Below, one piece after another: positions 1-10,453 of a stretch of DNA of 51,810 bases (its first letter is position 1; each line of letters begins with the position of its first letter). Below the pieces are notes generated by a model that was given only the letters and a program-made list of their open reading frames with translations, did no database searches and was not told the origin of the DNA. A program made the translations under genes and the position numbers. The DNA comes from Saprospirales bacterium. Its GTDB lineage: Bacteria; Bacteroidota; Bacteroidia; Chitinophagales; CAMDFR01. The DNA lies in contig CANHVE010000001.1 in the NCBI GenBank assembly GCA_947464015.1, forward strand, positions 1 to 51,810, in the 5' to 3' direction.

Positions 1-485
1 AAACAAGCAGGTAGTCCAATAATGGCTAAGGCTGTAATTAAATGACGAATATTATTTCGGATATCGATATTCATGGCGCTCATATATTTAGCAAGCGCGA
101 GTGCCGTAGCAAATTTAGCAAACTCAGCAGGTTGAATACCAAATGATCCCACCCCAAACCAGGATTTATTCCCATTCACATCTTTACCAAAAAGTAAAAC
201 GGCAATAAGCAATACAACCGCTATCCCATAGCTAATATAGGCCAGTGTAGTATAAATTTTACTATCGATGAGTAGACATACAATCGACATGATAATACAA
301 ATACCCACCCACATCAATTGTTTTCCAAAAGAGGTATCTAAGTTAAATACTTCTAAGAAAGAGGAGGCCATAATCTCTCTGTAAGATGCAGCATAAATAC
401 TGAAGCATCCAAAAAGCAGTAATACGATATATATACTTACGAGTCCCCAATCAAACTCACTCAGTGGGTTCCTTTTTCTTTCCAT
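1..485 (-). CDS. rodA: SEDS-family peptidoglycan glycosyltransferase RodA (partial; C-terminus lies outside the window)
   Basis: Not in the ORF track because it runs off the window edge. Reverse translation from the ATG at 485 gives MERKRNPLSEFDWGLVSIYIVLLLFGCFSIYAAS...GNKSWFGVGSFGIQPAEFAKFATALALAKY. This is the multi-TM SEDS pattern with the QPxE(F)xK motif. It lies directly downstream of mrdA and overlaps its 3' end by 29 nt. Confidence 0.85.
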   Translation of the reverse strand, partial: MERKRNPLSEFDWGLVSIYIVLLLFGCFSIYAASYREIMASSFLEVFNLDTSFGKQLMWVGICIIMSIVCLLIDSKIYTTLAYISYGIAVVLLIAVLLFGKDVNGNKSWFGVGSFGIQPAEFAKFATALALAKYMSAMNIDIRNNIRHLITALAIIGLPAC

Positions 486-2316
486 AGCCTCCGGTATTTA
501 ATAAATTAGCTTCAAACATTTTTTTCTCCATTTTCAAACGACTAGTTTCTATAGTGTCGTTCAAATATTTTTCGACCATTAAACTTACAATAGGAGCAGC
601 ATAAGCAGCCCCATAACCACCGTTTTCGATAATTACAGCGATTGATATTTTAGGATTTTTAAAGGGTGCATAGCCTGCAAATAACGAGTGATTTTCGCCA
701 TGAGAGTTTTGAGCCGTACCTGTTTTACCACATAATTCAATACTAGGTATTTGACAAGCATGTGCGGTTCCACTTTCTACTACTCTTCGTAATCCCTCAC
801 AAATAGAGGCATAACAAGCATAGCGAATAGCCGTTTTTACAAGAGGAAATTTAGCTTTTATCACTCCACTATCATTCTCAATTTTTTTAATTAAGTGAGG
901 GGTGATATAATAGCCTTTATTCGCAATTGCAGCGTATGAATTGGCCATTTGGAGTGGTGTTGCTAAAATCTCCCCTTGCCCAATAGCTAATGAAATAATT
1001 GTGGTTGAATGCCATTGACCTTTGCCATATATTTTATTGTAGTAGTTCACAGAAGGCACTCCACCTCCTTTTTCACCAGGCATATCGATTCCTGTTTTAT
1101 GTCCAAAGCCCATATCTTGCATATGCTTCCACCAAATTTGATAGCCGTTTTCAACCGTGCCAAAGGTATCATCGTCGATATCTCTTCTAAACATCGACCA
1201 GAAATAGGGATTACAAGAATATTTCAAACCATCCATCACATTGCCTGCTGAAGGGTGACCGTGTGCGCATTTTAAAAATTTCCCTGGAATATAATAACCA
1301 CCAGCACAGCTCCAACTATAATTTTCATCTACCACTCCCTCGGTCATGGCAGCTAATGCAGTAAAAGGTTTGAATGTAGAACCTGGAGGATACATAGCAG
1401 TTAGCGGCCTATTGATTAATGGTTTTTGAGGATCATTTAATAACTTCATATAATTCTCACCACGCTTTCTACCCGTCAATAAATTCGGGTCGAAACTAGG
1501 ACTACTCACTAGACATAAAACCTCGCCAGTACTTGGCTCTATAGCCACAATACTTCCTCTTTTATTTTTCATCAATTTTTCGCCATATAGCTGCAAGTCA
1601 ATATCGATAGTAGAAGTAAGGCTTTTGCCCGCAATAGGTTTTTGATCTTGTTTGCCATCATCTAAGCTCCCTTGCTCTCTCCCTTTATTATCGACAAACA
1701 TATACGAAAGTCCCATTTGTCCTCGGAGTTCTTCATCATATTGTAATTCTAATGCAAATTTGCCGGCATAATCACCAGGCTCGTAATAGCCATTCGATTT
1801 TTCTATTTGCGATTTATCTACTTCGCCAATATATCCAAAAAGATTTGGTCCGCAATTGTAAGGATATTGACGCATGGTACGTACATTGCCATAGAATCCT
1901 GGGAATTGGCTCATATACTCTTGAAATTTAGAAAAATCTTCAATAGATAATTGACCTAAAAAAACAGAGGATTTATATCTAGAATAGGAGCGTGCTTTAG
2001 ATAAATTTTTAATAAAATCGGCTTTAGTAATAGAAAGGATTTCACAGAATTTAAGCGTATCCATTTCTTTTACGTTTTTAGGATTCACCATGATATCATA
2101 TACCGGAGCATTGTAAACGATCAATTTGCCTTTACGGTCGTAAATCAAGCCACGTGCAGGTTCTATTCGACGGATATCGATGGCATTATTCTTTGCTTGT
2201 TGGTCAAAATCATCACTAATTACTTGAAGATAAAATAGGCGAATAAAATAAATGATCACAACGGATGCAAATATCACTTTAAGCACTAGGGCTCTGCCTG
2301 TAAAAAGATCTTTCAA
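457..2316 (-). CDS. mrdA: Penicillin-binding protein 2 (elongasome transpeptidase)
   Basis: 619 aa with an N-terminal TM anchor and the class B PBP motifs STFK, SCN and KTGTA. It is followed by rodA. Confidence 0.92.
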   Translation of the reverse strand: MKDLFTGRALVLKVIFASVVIIYFIRLFYLQVISDDFDQQAKNNAIDIRRIEPARGLIYDRKGKLIVYNAPVYDIMVNPKNVKEMDTLKFCEILSITKADFIKNLSKARSYSRYKSSVFLGQLSIEDFSKFQEYMSQFPGFYGNVRTMRQYPYNCGPNLFGYIGEVDKSQIEKSNGYYEPGDYAGKFALELQYDEELRGQMGLSYMFVDNKGREQGSLDDGKQDQKPIAGKSLTSTIDIDLQLYGEKLMKNKRGSIVAIEPSTGEVLCLVSSPSFDPNLLTGRKRGENYMKLLNDPQKPLINRPLTAMYPPGSTFKPFTALAAMTEGVVDENYSWSCAGGYYIPGKFLKCAHGHPSAGNVMDGLKYSCNPYFWSMFRRDIDDDTFGTVENGYQIWWKHMQDMGFGHKTGIDMPGEKGGGVPSVNYYNKIYGKGQWHSTTIISLAIGQGEILATPLQMANSYAAIANKGYYITPHLIKKIENDSGVIKAKFPLVKTAIRYACYASICEGLRRVVESGTAHACQIPSIELCGKTGTAQNSHGENHSLFAGYAPFKNPKISIAVIIENGGYGAAYAAPIVSLMVEKYLNDTIETSRLKMEKKMFEANLLNTGGYGKKKEPTE

Positions 2317-2399
2317 CTAGTTTTAGATAATATATTTGGTACGGAAAAAAATAGGACTCAAAATTATAAAAGCTTTAGCATTATTTACTAAAAATCAAA

Positions 2400-3947
2400 C
2401 TAATTAATTTTGATTTCTTCGTTACGTTCGTCGTAGATGATAAAATGCATTAAAGCTAAATTATTATTCGCTTCCATTTTAATCCATTTCTTGTGTTTCC
2501 ACCACCATTGAGCTTGTATCGACCACAGTCCTTTAGTTAGAAAAGCATAAATATAAGGATGCAATTCGAGAGATAGTTTTTTATGAAAGCCTAATAAATA
2601 TTTGATGTTTTTATAAATTTCGTCTGTTACCAAAACGGTCGAATCTACTTTGCCTGTGCCATTGCAGCTGGGGCACGATTCAGACGTAGTGATATTGATT
2701 TGGGGTTTTACACGTTCTCGTGTAATCTGCATCAAATTTAGTTTTGTGAGTGGTTGAATGCTATGCTTTGCTCTATCGCGTTGCATTTCTTCTTTCATCA
2801 AATCATAAATAGCTAATCGATTTGCAGCTAATTTCATATCGATAAAGTCCACCACTATGATTCCACCCATATCGCGCAAACGCAGTTGACGAGCCACTTC
2901 ACGAGCCGCTTCGGTATTTACACTCAAGGCAATACTTTCTTGATTGCCGGTGGTACTTACTTTATGTCCACTGTTTACATCAATAACATGAAGCGCTTCA
3001 GTATGTTCAATCACCAAATAGCCACCACCATCCATACTTACTGTTTTGCCAAATGAAGATTTGATTTGTTTGGTAATACCATATTCGTCAAAGATTTGAC
3101 CTTTCTCGCCAAAATAACTTACAATATTTTTTTTATCTGGTGCAATCTTCACCACATACTCTTCAATATCTTTGCTGATAAGCGCATTATTGCTCACAAT
3201 TCTACTAAAGCTATCGTTTAATAAATCACGTAAAATAGAATTGGCTTTGTTTTGTTCGCTATAAATTTTAGCTGGCGCAACAGCTCCTTTCAATTGTTGT
3301 AAAATATTTTTCCAACTTTCATTTAAGCCGATAATTTCTTCATGCAGAGCACTTGCTGTTTTGCCTTCGGCTAAGGTTCGAACCACGATCGAAAAGTTTT
3401 TTGATTTCAAACTTTCTACTAATACTTTTAAGCGTTTACGTTCTTCGGCATTGGCAATTTTTTTTGATACGCCTACATTATTACCAAAAGGACTAAGGAT
3501 TAAATTGCGCGAAGCCAATGATATTTCACAGGATAATCGCGGTCCTTTACTGGAGATAGGTTCTTTTAAAATTTGAACCAGTACTAAATCTTTTTGCTTT
3601 AAAACATCGGCTATTTTTCCGTCTTTATGAATCTCGCGTTCGTTCTCTAAATCTAAATGAGCTAGTTCGCTATAATTTCCAGCCACTGCATTTCGAATAA
3701 TTCTATTGAGGGTATGTATTTGGGGGCTTAAATCAGAGTAATGCAAAAAGGCATCTTTTTCACTGCCAATATCTACAAATACTGCATTTAATCCAGGAAT
3801 AATTTTTTTGATTCTTCCTAAGAAAATATCGCCTACATTAAATTGATTATTGTTTTTATCTTGGTGTAACTCTACTAGCTTTTTATTTTCTAGTAAGGCC
3901 ACATCCACTCCTTTGGCGGTATTATTTATGATTAACTCTTTTTCCAT
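2400..3947 (-). CDS. rng: Ribonuclease G/E family endoribonuclease
   Basis: 515 aa. It has an N-terminal S1-like segment (GDIFLGRIKKIIPGLNAVFVDIG), catalytic-core motifs (HVIDVNSG, VVDFIDM) and a CPSCNGTG zinc-link-like motif. Confidence 0.9.
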   Translation of the reverse strand: MEKELIINNTAKGVDVALLENKKLVELHQDKNNNQFNVGDIFLGRIKKIIPGLNAVFVDIGSEKDAFLHYSDLSPQIHTLNRIIRNAVAGNYSELAHLDLENEREIHKDGKIADVLKQKDLVLVQILKEPISSKGPRLSCEISLASRNLILSPFGNNVGVSKKIANAEERKRLKVLVESLKSKNFSIVVRTLAEGKTASALHEEIIGLNESWKNILQQLKGAVAPAKIYSEQNKANSILRDLLNDSFSRIVSNNALISKDIEEYVVKIAPDKKNIVSYFGEKGQIFDEYGITKQIKSSFGKTVSMDGGGYLVIEHTEALHVIDVNSGHKVSTTGNQESIALSVNTEAAREVARQLRLRDMGGIIVVDFIDMKLAANRLAIYDLMKEEMQRDRAKHSIQPLTKLNLMQITRERVKPQINITTSESCPSCNGTGKVDSTVLVTDEIYKNIKYLLGFHKKLSLELHPYIYAFLTKGLWSIQAQWWWKHKKWIKMEANNNLALMHFIIYDERNEEIKIN

Positions 3948-4138
3948 TATGTATCAATTACATTACAAATTCATTAGTACATACAATAATTGTATGAATC
4001 TAGTTCAATTATACTGTTGAAGGAGATTGTTGAGTCTAACTAAAATTAGTTAGTGATTACATCGCTTATCAAAAACAGTATGCTTGTTTTTAAAGGTGGG
4101 TTAATAAATAATAAGCGAGTGAAGATGATATTCATCAT

Positions 4139-4170
4139 AAAACGGAACATAAATACTTATGTTCCGTTTT
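4139..4170 (-). terminator. Rho-independent terminator after the small basic-protein gene
   Basis: There is a 12-bp perfect stem (aaaacggaacat / atgttccgtttt) with an 8-nt loop. On the minus strand the stem ends in a U-run. It sits 20 nt past the stop codon at 4191. Confidence 0.7.
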
Positions 4171-4190
4171 AAAGATGAGATAAAAAGAAA

Positions 4191-4280
4191 TTATTTCTTT
4201 TTATGTCTATTTTTTCTAAGTCTTTTCTTTCTTTTGTGAGTAGCTATCTTATGTCTTTTTCTCTTTTTACCGCAAGGCAT
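4191..4280 (-). CDS. 29-aa polybasic peptide, bS22 / mS38 (AURKAIP1-COX24)-like small ribosomal protein candidate
   Basis: Missed by the ORF track because it is under 60 aa. It runs ATG to TAA and translates to MPCGKKRKRHKIATHKRKKRLRKNRHKKK, which has 17 K/R and 3 H in 29 residues. It has its own terminator and follows the HU-TPR genes. The pattern resembles the KKRxKRxxKKKHRKxLRR of mycobacterial bS22. Confidence 0.5.
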   Translation of the reverse strand: MPCGKKRKRHKIATHKRKKRLRKNRHKKK

Positions 4281-4314
4281 GATTTGTAAGTTTTATTCGT
4301 TAAAAAAATTATTG

Positions 4315-5133
4315 TTATTGCTTTAAGTGTTTGATATAGTCGTTGATCTCTTTTGTTAATTCAGGATCTTTTATCAGTTTTTTTGCTTTTTCAAGCGCTG
4401 AAACTGCCGACTTTTTTTCGCCCACATTCTCATATGCTTCTGCTAATAATAAATATGCATCTACATTTGAGGGTTGCAAAGATACAACTTTTTCTAATCT
4501 TTTAATAGCCTTATCAAATTGTTTCGAAACAATACCAAATCTACCTAGGGTGAATTGTGCTTCAGCATTATTAGAATCTTTGGCTACTATATCTCTCAAA
4601 ATGCCTACACCGCTCATTACATCTTGGGTTCCGTCCATATAGCATTGAGCCAATTTGATTTGATAAGAGGTATTTGTAGGGGCTAATTCGGTAGCTTTTT
4701 TGAAGCATGCCAAGGCATTTTGAAATAATAATCCGCTATTTTCGGGACTATTCAGAATCATTGCTGCTTGATAATTTTGATCACCAGCTTTTACCCAAAG
4801 CGCTAATTCATTTTTCTTTTTAGCTAAATCGTATAAATAATAAGATGCCACACCCGAAAACCCAGCTACATTGTATATGTGTGCCACACTATCAATATTC
4901 TTTACGTTTTCAGGATCTTTAAGTAAAGCATTGATAATGGCTAAGGTGTCTTTACTTAGCTGACTATTAACCGTTTTAAGCGTAGCTTCTATATCTGTGT
5001 TAGAGGCAGTAGTCTCCTGTTTAGGGCCTTTTTTTTGACTTAAATCTTTAGGTTTTTTCGTGTTTCCAAATAGATACACTACAACGAGGGCCAGTACGCA
5101 TAAACCTATGGCAAGGTAGTGTTTGTAATTCAT
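4315..5133 (-). CDS. Membrane-anchored tetratricopeptide-repeat protein
   Basis: 272 aa with an N-terminal hydrophobic anchor (YLAIGLCVLALVVVYLF) and repeated TPR-like helices (e.g. AEAQFTLGRFGIVSKQFDKAIKRLEKVVSLQPSNVDAYLLLAEAYENVGEKKSA). It starts 7 nt after the HU stop codon. Confidence 0.7.
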   Translation of the reverse strand: MNYKHYLAIGLCVLALVVVYLFGNTKKPKDLSQKKGPKQETTASNTDIEATLKTVNSQLSKDTLAIINALLKDPENVKNIDSVAHIYNVAGFSGVASYYLYDLAKKKNELALWVKAGDQNYQAAMILNSPENSGLLFQNALACFKKATELAPTNTSYQIKLAQCYMDGTQDVMSGVGILRDIVAKDSNNAEAQFTLGRFGIVSKQFDKAIKRLEKVVSLQPSNVDAYLLLAEAYENVGEKKSAVSALEKAKKLIKDPELTKEINDYIKHLKQ

Positions 5134-5140
5134 TTAGAAA

Positions 5141-5434
5141 TTAGGCTTTAGCTCCTTTATTTTTCTTTACCGCTTCAACAAACGTTTTAGCAGGTTTGAA
5201 AGCTGGAATATAATGTTCTGGAATTTCGATAGCGATATTCTTTTTAATGTTTCTACCGATTTTTTTAGCTCTTTTTTTAGTAATGAAACTACCAAATCCA
5301 CGTACATATACATTTTCGCCTTGTTTTAAAGAATCTCTGATTTCTTTAAATAATGCTTCAATCGATACAAGTACATCTACTTTTGCAATTCCTGTTTTAT
5401 CAGATATTTTGTTCACTAAATCTGCCTTTCTCAT
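5141..5434 (-). CDS. HU-family DNA-binding protein
   Basis: 97 aa. The sequence MRKADLVNKISDKTGIAKVDV...VYVRGFGSFITKKRAKKIGRNIKKNIAIEIPEHYIPAFKPAK shows the typical HU/IHF arm with the GFGxF and RNP-like pattern. Confidence 0.9.
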   Translation of the reverse strand: MRKADLVNKISDKTGIAKVDVLVSIEALFKEIRDSLKQGENVYVRGFGSFITKKRAKKIGRNIKKNIAIEIPEHYIPAFKPAKTFVEAVKKNKGAKA

Positions 5435-5559
5435 ATGCTTCTATTAATATATTAAAGTGTTGAAATAAAATAATTTTATATTTGAATTAATCGCGGTGCA
5501 AAGTTGATAAATCTTTGCGATAAAACAATCATTTTTGTATTTATTTTTTAAATCTTTTT

Positions 5560-6603
5560 ATGACAAAAGAAAAAGAATTGTTTGTTTCAACACTTATTAA
5601 ATGGTCTCGAACCATTGATAGGCCTATGCCTTGGAAGGGAATTAAAAATCCGTACTTCATTTGGTTGTCGGAAATAATTTTGCAACAAACTCGAGTAGAA
5701 CAAGGAATGAATTATTATTTGAAATTTACTAAAGCCTATCCAAAAGTTGAAGATTTAGCCAATGCTCCTATAGAAGAAGTGCTCAAACATTGGGAAGGAT
5801 TGGGTTATTATTCACGTGCTCGTAATTTGCATCATACCGCTCAAATAATTGTAGAAAAATATAATGGAATTTTTCCCTCCAATCATGCAGATATATTATC
5901 CCTAAAGGGCATTGGTCCTTATACTGCAGCTGCTATCGCTTCATTTGCGTACGATTTGCCTTATGCAGTTGTTGATGGCAATGTGATTCGGGTGCTATCG
6001 AGATACTTTGGAATTGATACTGCTTTTGATATTCCAGCAGGAAGAAAAAAATTTGATGCACTAGCTGCTGAAATATTACCAAAGAATCAATCAGCCATCT
6101 ATAATCAAGCGATCATGGATTTTGGCGCAACTGTTTGTAAGCCAGCAGCAGCAGTGTGTTCAAGCTGTGTGATGCAAAAAAAATGCTGTGCTTATCAGCA
6201 AGATAAAGTAGAGCTTTGGCCTATCAAAGCAAATAAAACTAAAGTAGAAACCAAATATTTTAACTACTTTGTTTTAGCCTATAAAAATAAATGCTACATC
6301 AAAAAAAGAGAGAATGATTTTTGGAAAGATTTGTATGAATTTTATCTAATGGAAGATAAACAATTATGGTCTATAGATAAACTAAGCAAGTTCGCCACAA
6401 AAGAGGAATGGCAAAGGACTAAGGCTATCACTTTTATAGATTTAACTCAAAAATTAAGTCACAGGGATATTCAGGCGCGCTTTTTTACCATTGAATTAAA
6501 TAAAAAACCAGCTCTACATGATTTTATTGAGGTTGACAAATCAAATATGTCTAAATTTGCTTTCCCAAAAATAATAAATAGCTATATTGAAAATTATTTT
6601 TGA
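5560..6603 (+). CDS. mutY: A/G-specific adenine DNA glycosylase
   Basis: 347 aa with an HhH-GPD core (LKGIGPYTAAAIASFAY, VDGNVIRVLSR), the 4Fe-4S cysteine spacing C-x6-C-x2-C-x5-C (CKPAAAVCSSCVMQKKC) and a C-terminal NUDIX-like domain. Confidence 0.92.
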   Translation: MTKEKELFVSTLIKWSRTIDRPMPWKGIKNPYFIWLSEIILQQTRVEQGMNYYLKFTKAYPKVEDLANAPIEEVLKHWEGLGYYSRARNLHHTAQIIVEKYNGIFPSNHADILSLKGIGPYTAAAIASFAYDLPYAVVDGNVIRVLSRYFGIDTAFDIPAGRKKFDALAAEILPKNQSAIYNQAIMDFGATVCKPAAAVCSSCVMQKKCCAYQQDKVELWPIKANKTKVETKYFNYFVLAYKNKCYIKKRENDFWKDLYEFYLMEDKQLWSIDKLSKFATKEEWQRTKAITFIDLTQKLSHRDIQARFFTIELNKKPALHDFIEVDKSNMSKFAFPKIINSYIENYF

Positions 6604-6631
6604 TATATTAGAGTTTTAATAAAAGCAAAAC

Positions 6632-7012
6632 ATGATAAATAAAGTTATTTTAGTAGGTCGATTAGGTAAAGACCCAGAAATTAGAGCCTTTGAAGGAAAT
6701 AGAAAAGTGGCTAATTTCACTTTAGCTACAAATGAACGTTACACAGATAAAAGTGGTAATAAACAAGAAATTACTGATTGGCATAATTTAGCCATTTGGG
6801 GTGCTCAGGCAGAAATAGCAGAGAAATTTCTAAAAAAAGGAATGTTAATCTATATAGAAGGTCGCTTGAAAAGTCGTTCATGGGAAGATAAAGATGGCGT
6901 AAAAAAATATACCACCGAAGTAGTGGTTGATAGTTTTAAAATGTTAGAAGGTCAAAAAGTTGTAGATATATCTCCTACTGGTCCAGAAATAGCTGACGAT
7001 TTACCTTTTTAA
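6632..7012 (+). CDS. ssb: Single-stranded DNA-binding protein
   Basis: 126 aa. It has the OB-fold start MINKVILVGRLGKDPE, the WHNLAIWG segment, and the C-terminal acidic tip ...EIADDLPF. Confidence 0.93.
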   Translation: MINKVILVGRLGKDPEIRAFEGNRKVANFTLATNERYTDKSGNKQEITDWHNLAIWGAQAEIAEKFLKKGMLIYIEGRLKSRSWEDKDGVKKYTTEVVVDSFKMLEGQKVVDISPTGPEIADDLPF

Positions 7013-7047
7013 TTTTACATTTACATTGTTAACTAAATCTACATCAA

Positions 7048-8430
7048 TTGAGTAGCGATATTCCTCCCTCACAATATTTACAATTTATCCAGATTCTACA
7101 AGCGCAGGCTATGTCAGGCTCATTTTCTACTATGTTTTTTGAAATAGTAGCGATTTTTATTTTATTAATCATAAATGGGTTAGTGGCTTCTTCTGAAGTG
7201 GCTTTTTTTGCACTCTCTCCTCAAGAAAAAGAAGAAATCAAAAATGATGATAATTCCCAAAATGATTTAATTCTTAAGTTATTAGCCAATCCACGTTATG
7301 TGCTTTCTACAGTATTAATTGTTATTAGCTTAATCAATATTACAGTCGTTCTTCTTACACATCTAGTTATTGGTCGCTTTTTCCCCGAAGATATGCAACC
7401 ATTAGCTATTGGTTCTTATATCATTAAAGCACATTATATTGAAGAGTTTATCACTATCCTAATTGATATTTTCTTTATTTTATTGTTTGTGGATGTAATT
7501 CCTATCACTTTTGCGCAGAGCAATAAATTACGTGTAGCCAATTTTACAGCTATCCCATTAAATTTTTTAGTGAAAGTTTGCTATCCTTTAAGCTATATCA
7601 TGGTGCATGCCTCCACTTATATCGAAAAGAAAATTAGAAGATATACCGAAATTGATACGGATGAAATTGAACAAGCCATTGAAATGACGGCCGATAAAAA
7701 TACTACTCAAGAAGATATTAAAGTATTGAAAGGCATAGTTCATTTTGGTGAAATTACCGCTCGACAAATCATGCGACCTCGACTAGATATACACGCATTA
7801 GAATATACTTGGACGTTTGATAAGGTTCTTGAATACGTTCGTTCTAGTGGCTATTCACGTTTACCTGTTTATATTGAAAGTTTAGATAAGATTAAAGGGG
7901 TATTACACGTTAAAGATTTATTAAAGTATATAGATGAATCAAATAGCTTCGATTGGCATAGCTTAATTCATGAGGCTTTGTTTATTCCAGAAGGAAAAAA
8001 AATTGATGATTTATTAAAAGATATTCAAGCTACTAGAAAACATTTGGCCATTGTAGTAGATGAACATGGTGGTACTAGTGGAATTATAACATTAGAAGAT
8101 ATTGTGGAAGAAGTATTGGGTGAAATAAAAGATGAGTTTGATGAAGAAGAAGAGTTTACCTCCAATAAAGTAAATGATACTACTTATATTTTTGAAGGGA
8201 AAGTATTGTTGAACGATGTATGTAAAATAATTGGTGCTGATGTGAATGATTTTGAAGAGGTGCGTGGAGAAGCTGATTCATTAGCAGGATTGATTTTAGA
8301 ATTAGCAGGTAAAATGCCCGTAAAAAATGAGGTATATAGTTTTCAAATATATACTTTTAGAGTATTGAATATTGAACAGAATAGAATTCGAAGAATTGAG
8401 TTGAAAATTCTTCCAGCGGATGAAGCATAA
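7048..8430 (+). CDS. gldE: Gliding-motility protein GldE (CNNM/DUF21 TM domain, CBS pair, CorC_HlyC)
   Basis: 460 aa with N-terminal TM helices, a CBS pair (ARQIMRPRLDIHAL...; ATRKHLAIVVDEHGGTSGIITLEDIVEEVLGEI) and a CorC-type C-terminus. It sits between ssb and gldD as in Flavobacterium. The predicted start is TTG. Confidence 0.8.
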   Translation: MSSDIPPSQYLQFIQILQAQAMSGSFSTMFFEIVAIFILLIINGLVASSEVAFFALSPQEKEEIKNDDNSQNDLILKLLANPRYVLSTVLIVISLINITVVLLTHLVIGRFFPEDMQPLAIGSYIIKAHYIEEFITILIDIFFILLFVDVIPITFAQSNKLRVANFTAIPLNFLVKVCYPLSYIMVHASTYIEKKIRRYTEIDTDEIEQAIEMTADKNTTQEDIKVLKGIVHFGEITARQIMRPRLDIHALEYTWTFDKVLEYVRSSGYSRLPVYIESLDKIKGVLHVKDLLKYIDESNSFDWHSLIHEALFIPEGKKIDDLLKDIQATRKHLAIVVDEHGGTSGIITLEDIVEEVLGEIKDEFDEEEEFTSNKVNDTTYIFEGKVLLNDVCKIIGADVNDFEEVRGEADSLAGLILELAGKMPVKNEVYSFQIYTFRVLNIEQNRIRRIELKILPADEA

Positions 8431-8448
8431 TTTTGATGATATAAACCA

Positions 8449-9057
8449 ATGGTCATGATAAAAAAATATAGTTTATTTATAGTGTTTGCTATTGTTATAG
8501 TAGTCATTATAAGTTCATGCGAAAAAACATATACTCCGAAACCTAAGTCGTATCCTAGAGTCATCTATCCTGAGCATCGTTATCAGATGTATTCGAATGA
8601 ATTTTGCCCTTTTACATTTGAATATCCAACCTATGCATTTGTCAATAAAGATTCGATGTTTTTTGGAGAAAAATTACAAAATAAATGTTGGTTTAATATT
8701 GAGTATCCTCAATTTAGCGGGACTATTCACGTTACTTACGAAGATATTCATAGCAAAGAAGAGATTGCTAAAATGTTGGATGATGCACATACACTCACCT
8801 ACAAACATTCAAAAAAAGCAGACGCGATCGAACCTATAGAAATCAATAATAAAAATGGAGTGCATGGCTTAATCTATGATGTGGAAGGCAATGCGGCCTC
8901 ATCAGCACAATTTTATGTAACCGATATGGATCACCATTTTTTAAGAGGAGCTTTATATTTTAATGTAAAACCCAATATCGATAGTATGGCTCCAGTGATT
9001 AAATTTGTGAGTAAAGACATGTCGCATATGATAGAAACCTTTAATTGGAAAAATTAA
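8449..9057 (+). CDS. gldD: Gliding-motility lipoprotein GldD
   Basis: 202 aa. It has a signal peptide with a lipobox-like ISSC, then PKPKSYPRVIYPEHRY...FTFEYPTYA...WFNIEYPQFSGTIHVTY, which matches GldD as I recall it. It is directly downstream of gldE. Confidence 0.75.
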   Translation: MVMIKKYSLFIVFAIVIVVIISSCEKTYTPKPKSYPRVIYPEHRYQMYSNEFCPFTFEYPTYAFVNKDSMFFGEKLQNKCWFNIEYPQFSGTIHVTYEDIHSKEEIAKMLDDAHTLTYKHSKKADAIEPIEINNKNGVHGLIYDVEGNAASSAQFYVTDMDHHFLRGALYFNVKPNIDSMAPVIKFVSKDMSHMIETFNWKN

Positions 9058-9068
9058 AAATTATAGTC

Positions 9069-9105
9069 AAAAAAAAACGAGTCAATGAATTGACTCGTTT
9101 TTTTT
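9069..9105. terminator. Bidirectional rho-independent terminator between gldD (+) and eno (-)
   Basis: The stem is cgagtcaa / ttgactcg with loop tgaa. It is flanked by a 9-nt A-run and an 8-nt T-run, so it works on both strands. It sits between convergent stop codons. Confidence 0.8.
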
Positions 9106-9120
9106 GTTTGCAAAGTTATA

Positions 9121-10413
<1,293 letters not shown>

Positions 10414-10439
10414 CTATTTTTTATTGATAATTAATTGTA

Positions 10440-10447
10440 CAAAAGTA
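10440..10447 (-). promoter_or_regulatory. Candidate Bacteroidota -7 box (TACTTTTG) for eno
   Basis: The minus strand reads TACTTTTG, which matches TAnnTTTG, 32 nt upstream of the eno ATG. No TTTG -33 element is present at the expected spacing. Confidence 0.35.
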
Positions 10448-10453
10448 CGAATA

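Noticed and set aside
999-1251. Two overlapping plus-strand ORFs (63 and 80 aa) lie inside mrdA.
   Set aside because: They are antisense shadow ORFs within a PBP2 gene that carries all its catalytic motifs. Their sequences look non-protein-like.
4043-4150. A 35-aa minus-strand ORF (MFRFMMNIIFTRLLFINPPLKTSILFLISDVITN) lies in the rng leader, and I considered it as a possible leader peptide.
   Set aside because: Its start codon sits inside the terminator stem of the upstream gene. It has no other support, so it is more likely a chance ORF.
4343-4642. A 99-aa plus-strand ORF lies antisense to the TPR gene.
   Set aside because: It lies entirely inside a well-supported minus-strand CDS. Its product is Ser/Phe/Ala-rich low-complexity sequence typical of antisense shadow frames, and it has no independent signals.
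8343-8564. A 73-aa minus-strand ORF bridges the gldE-gldD junction.
   Set aside because: It overlaps two syntenic plus-strand genes, and its product looks like antisense noise.
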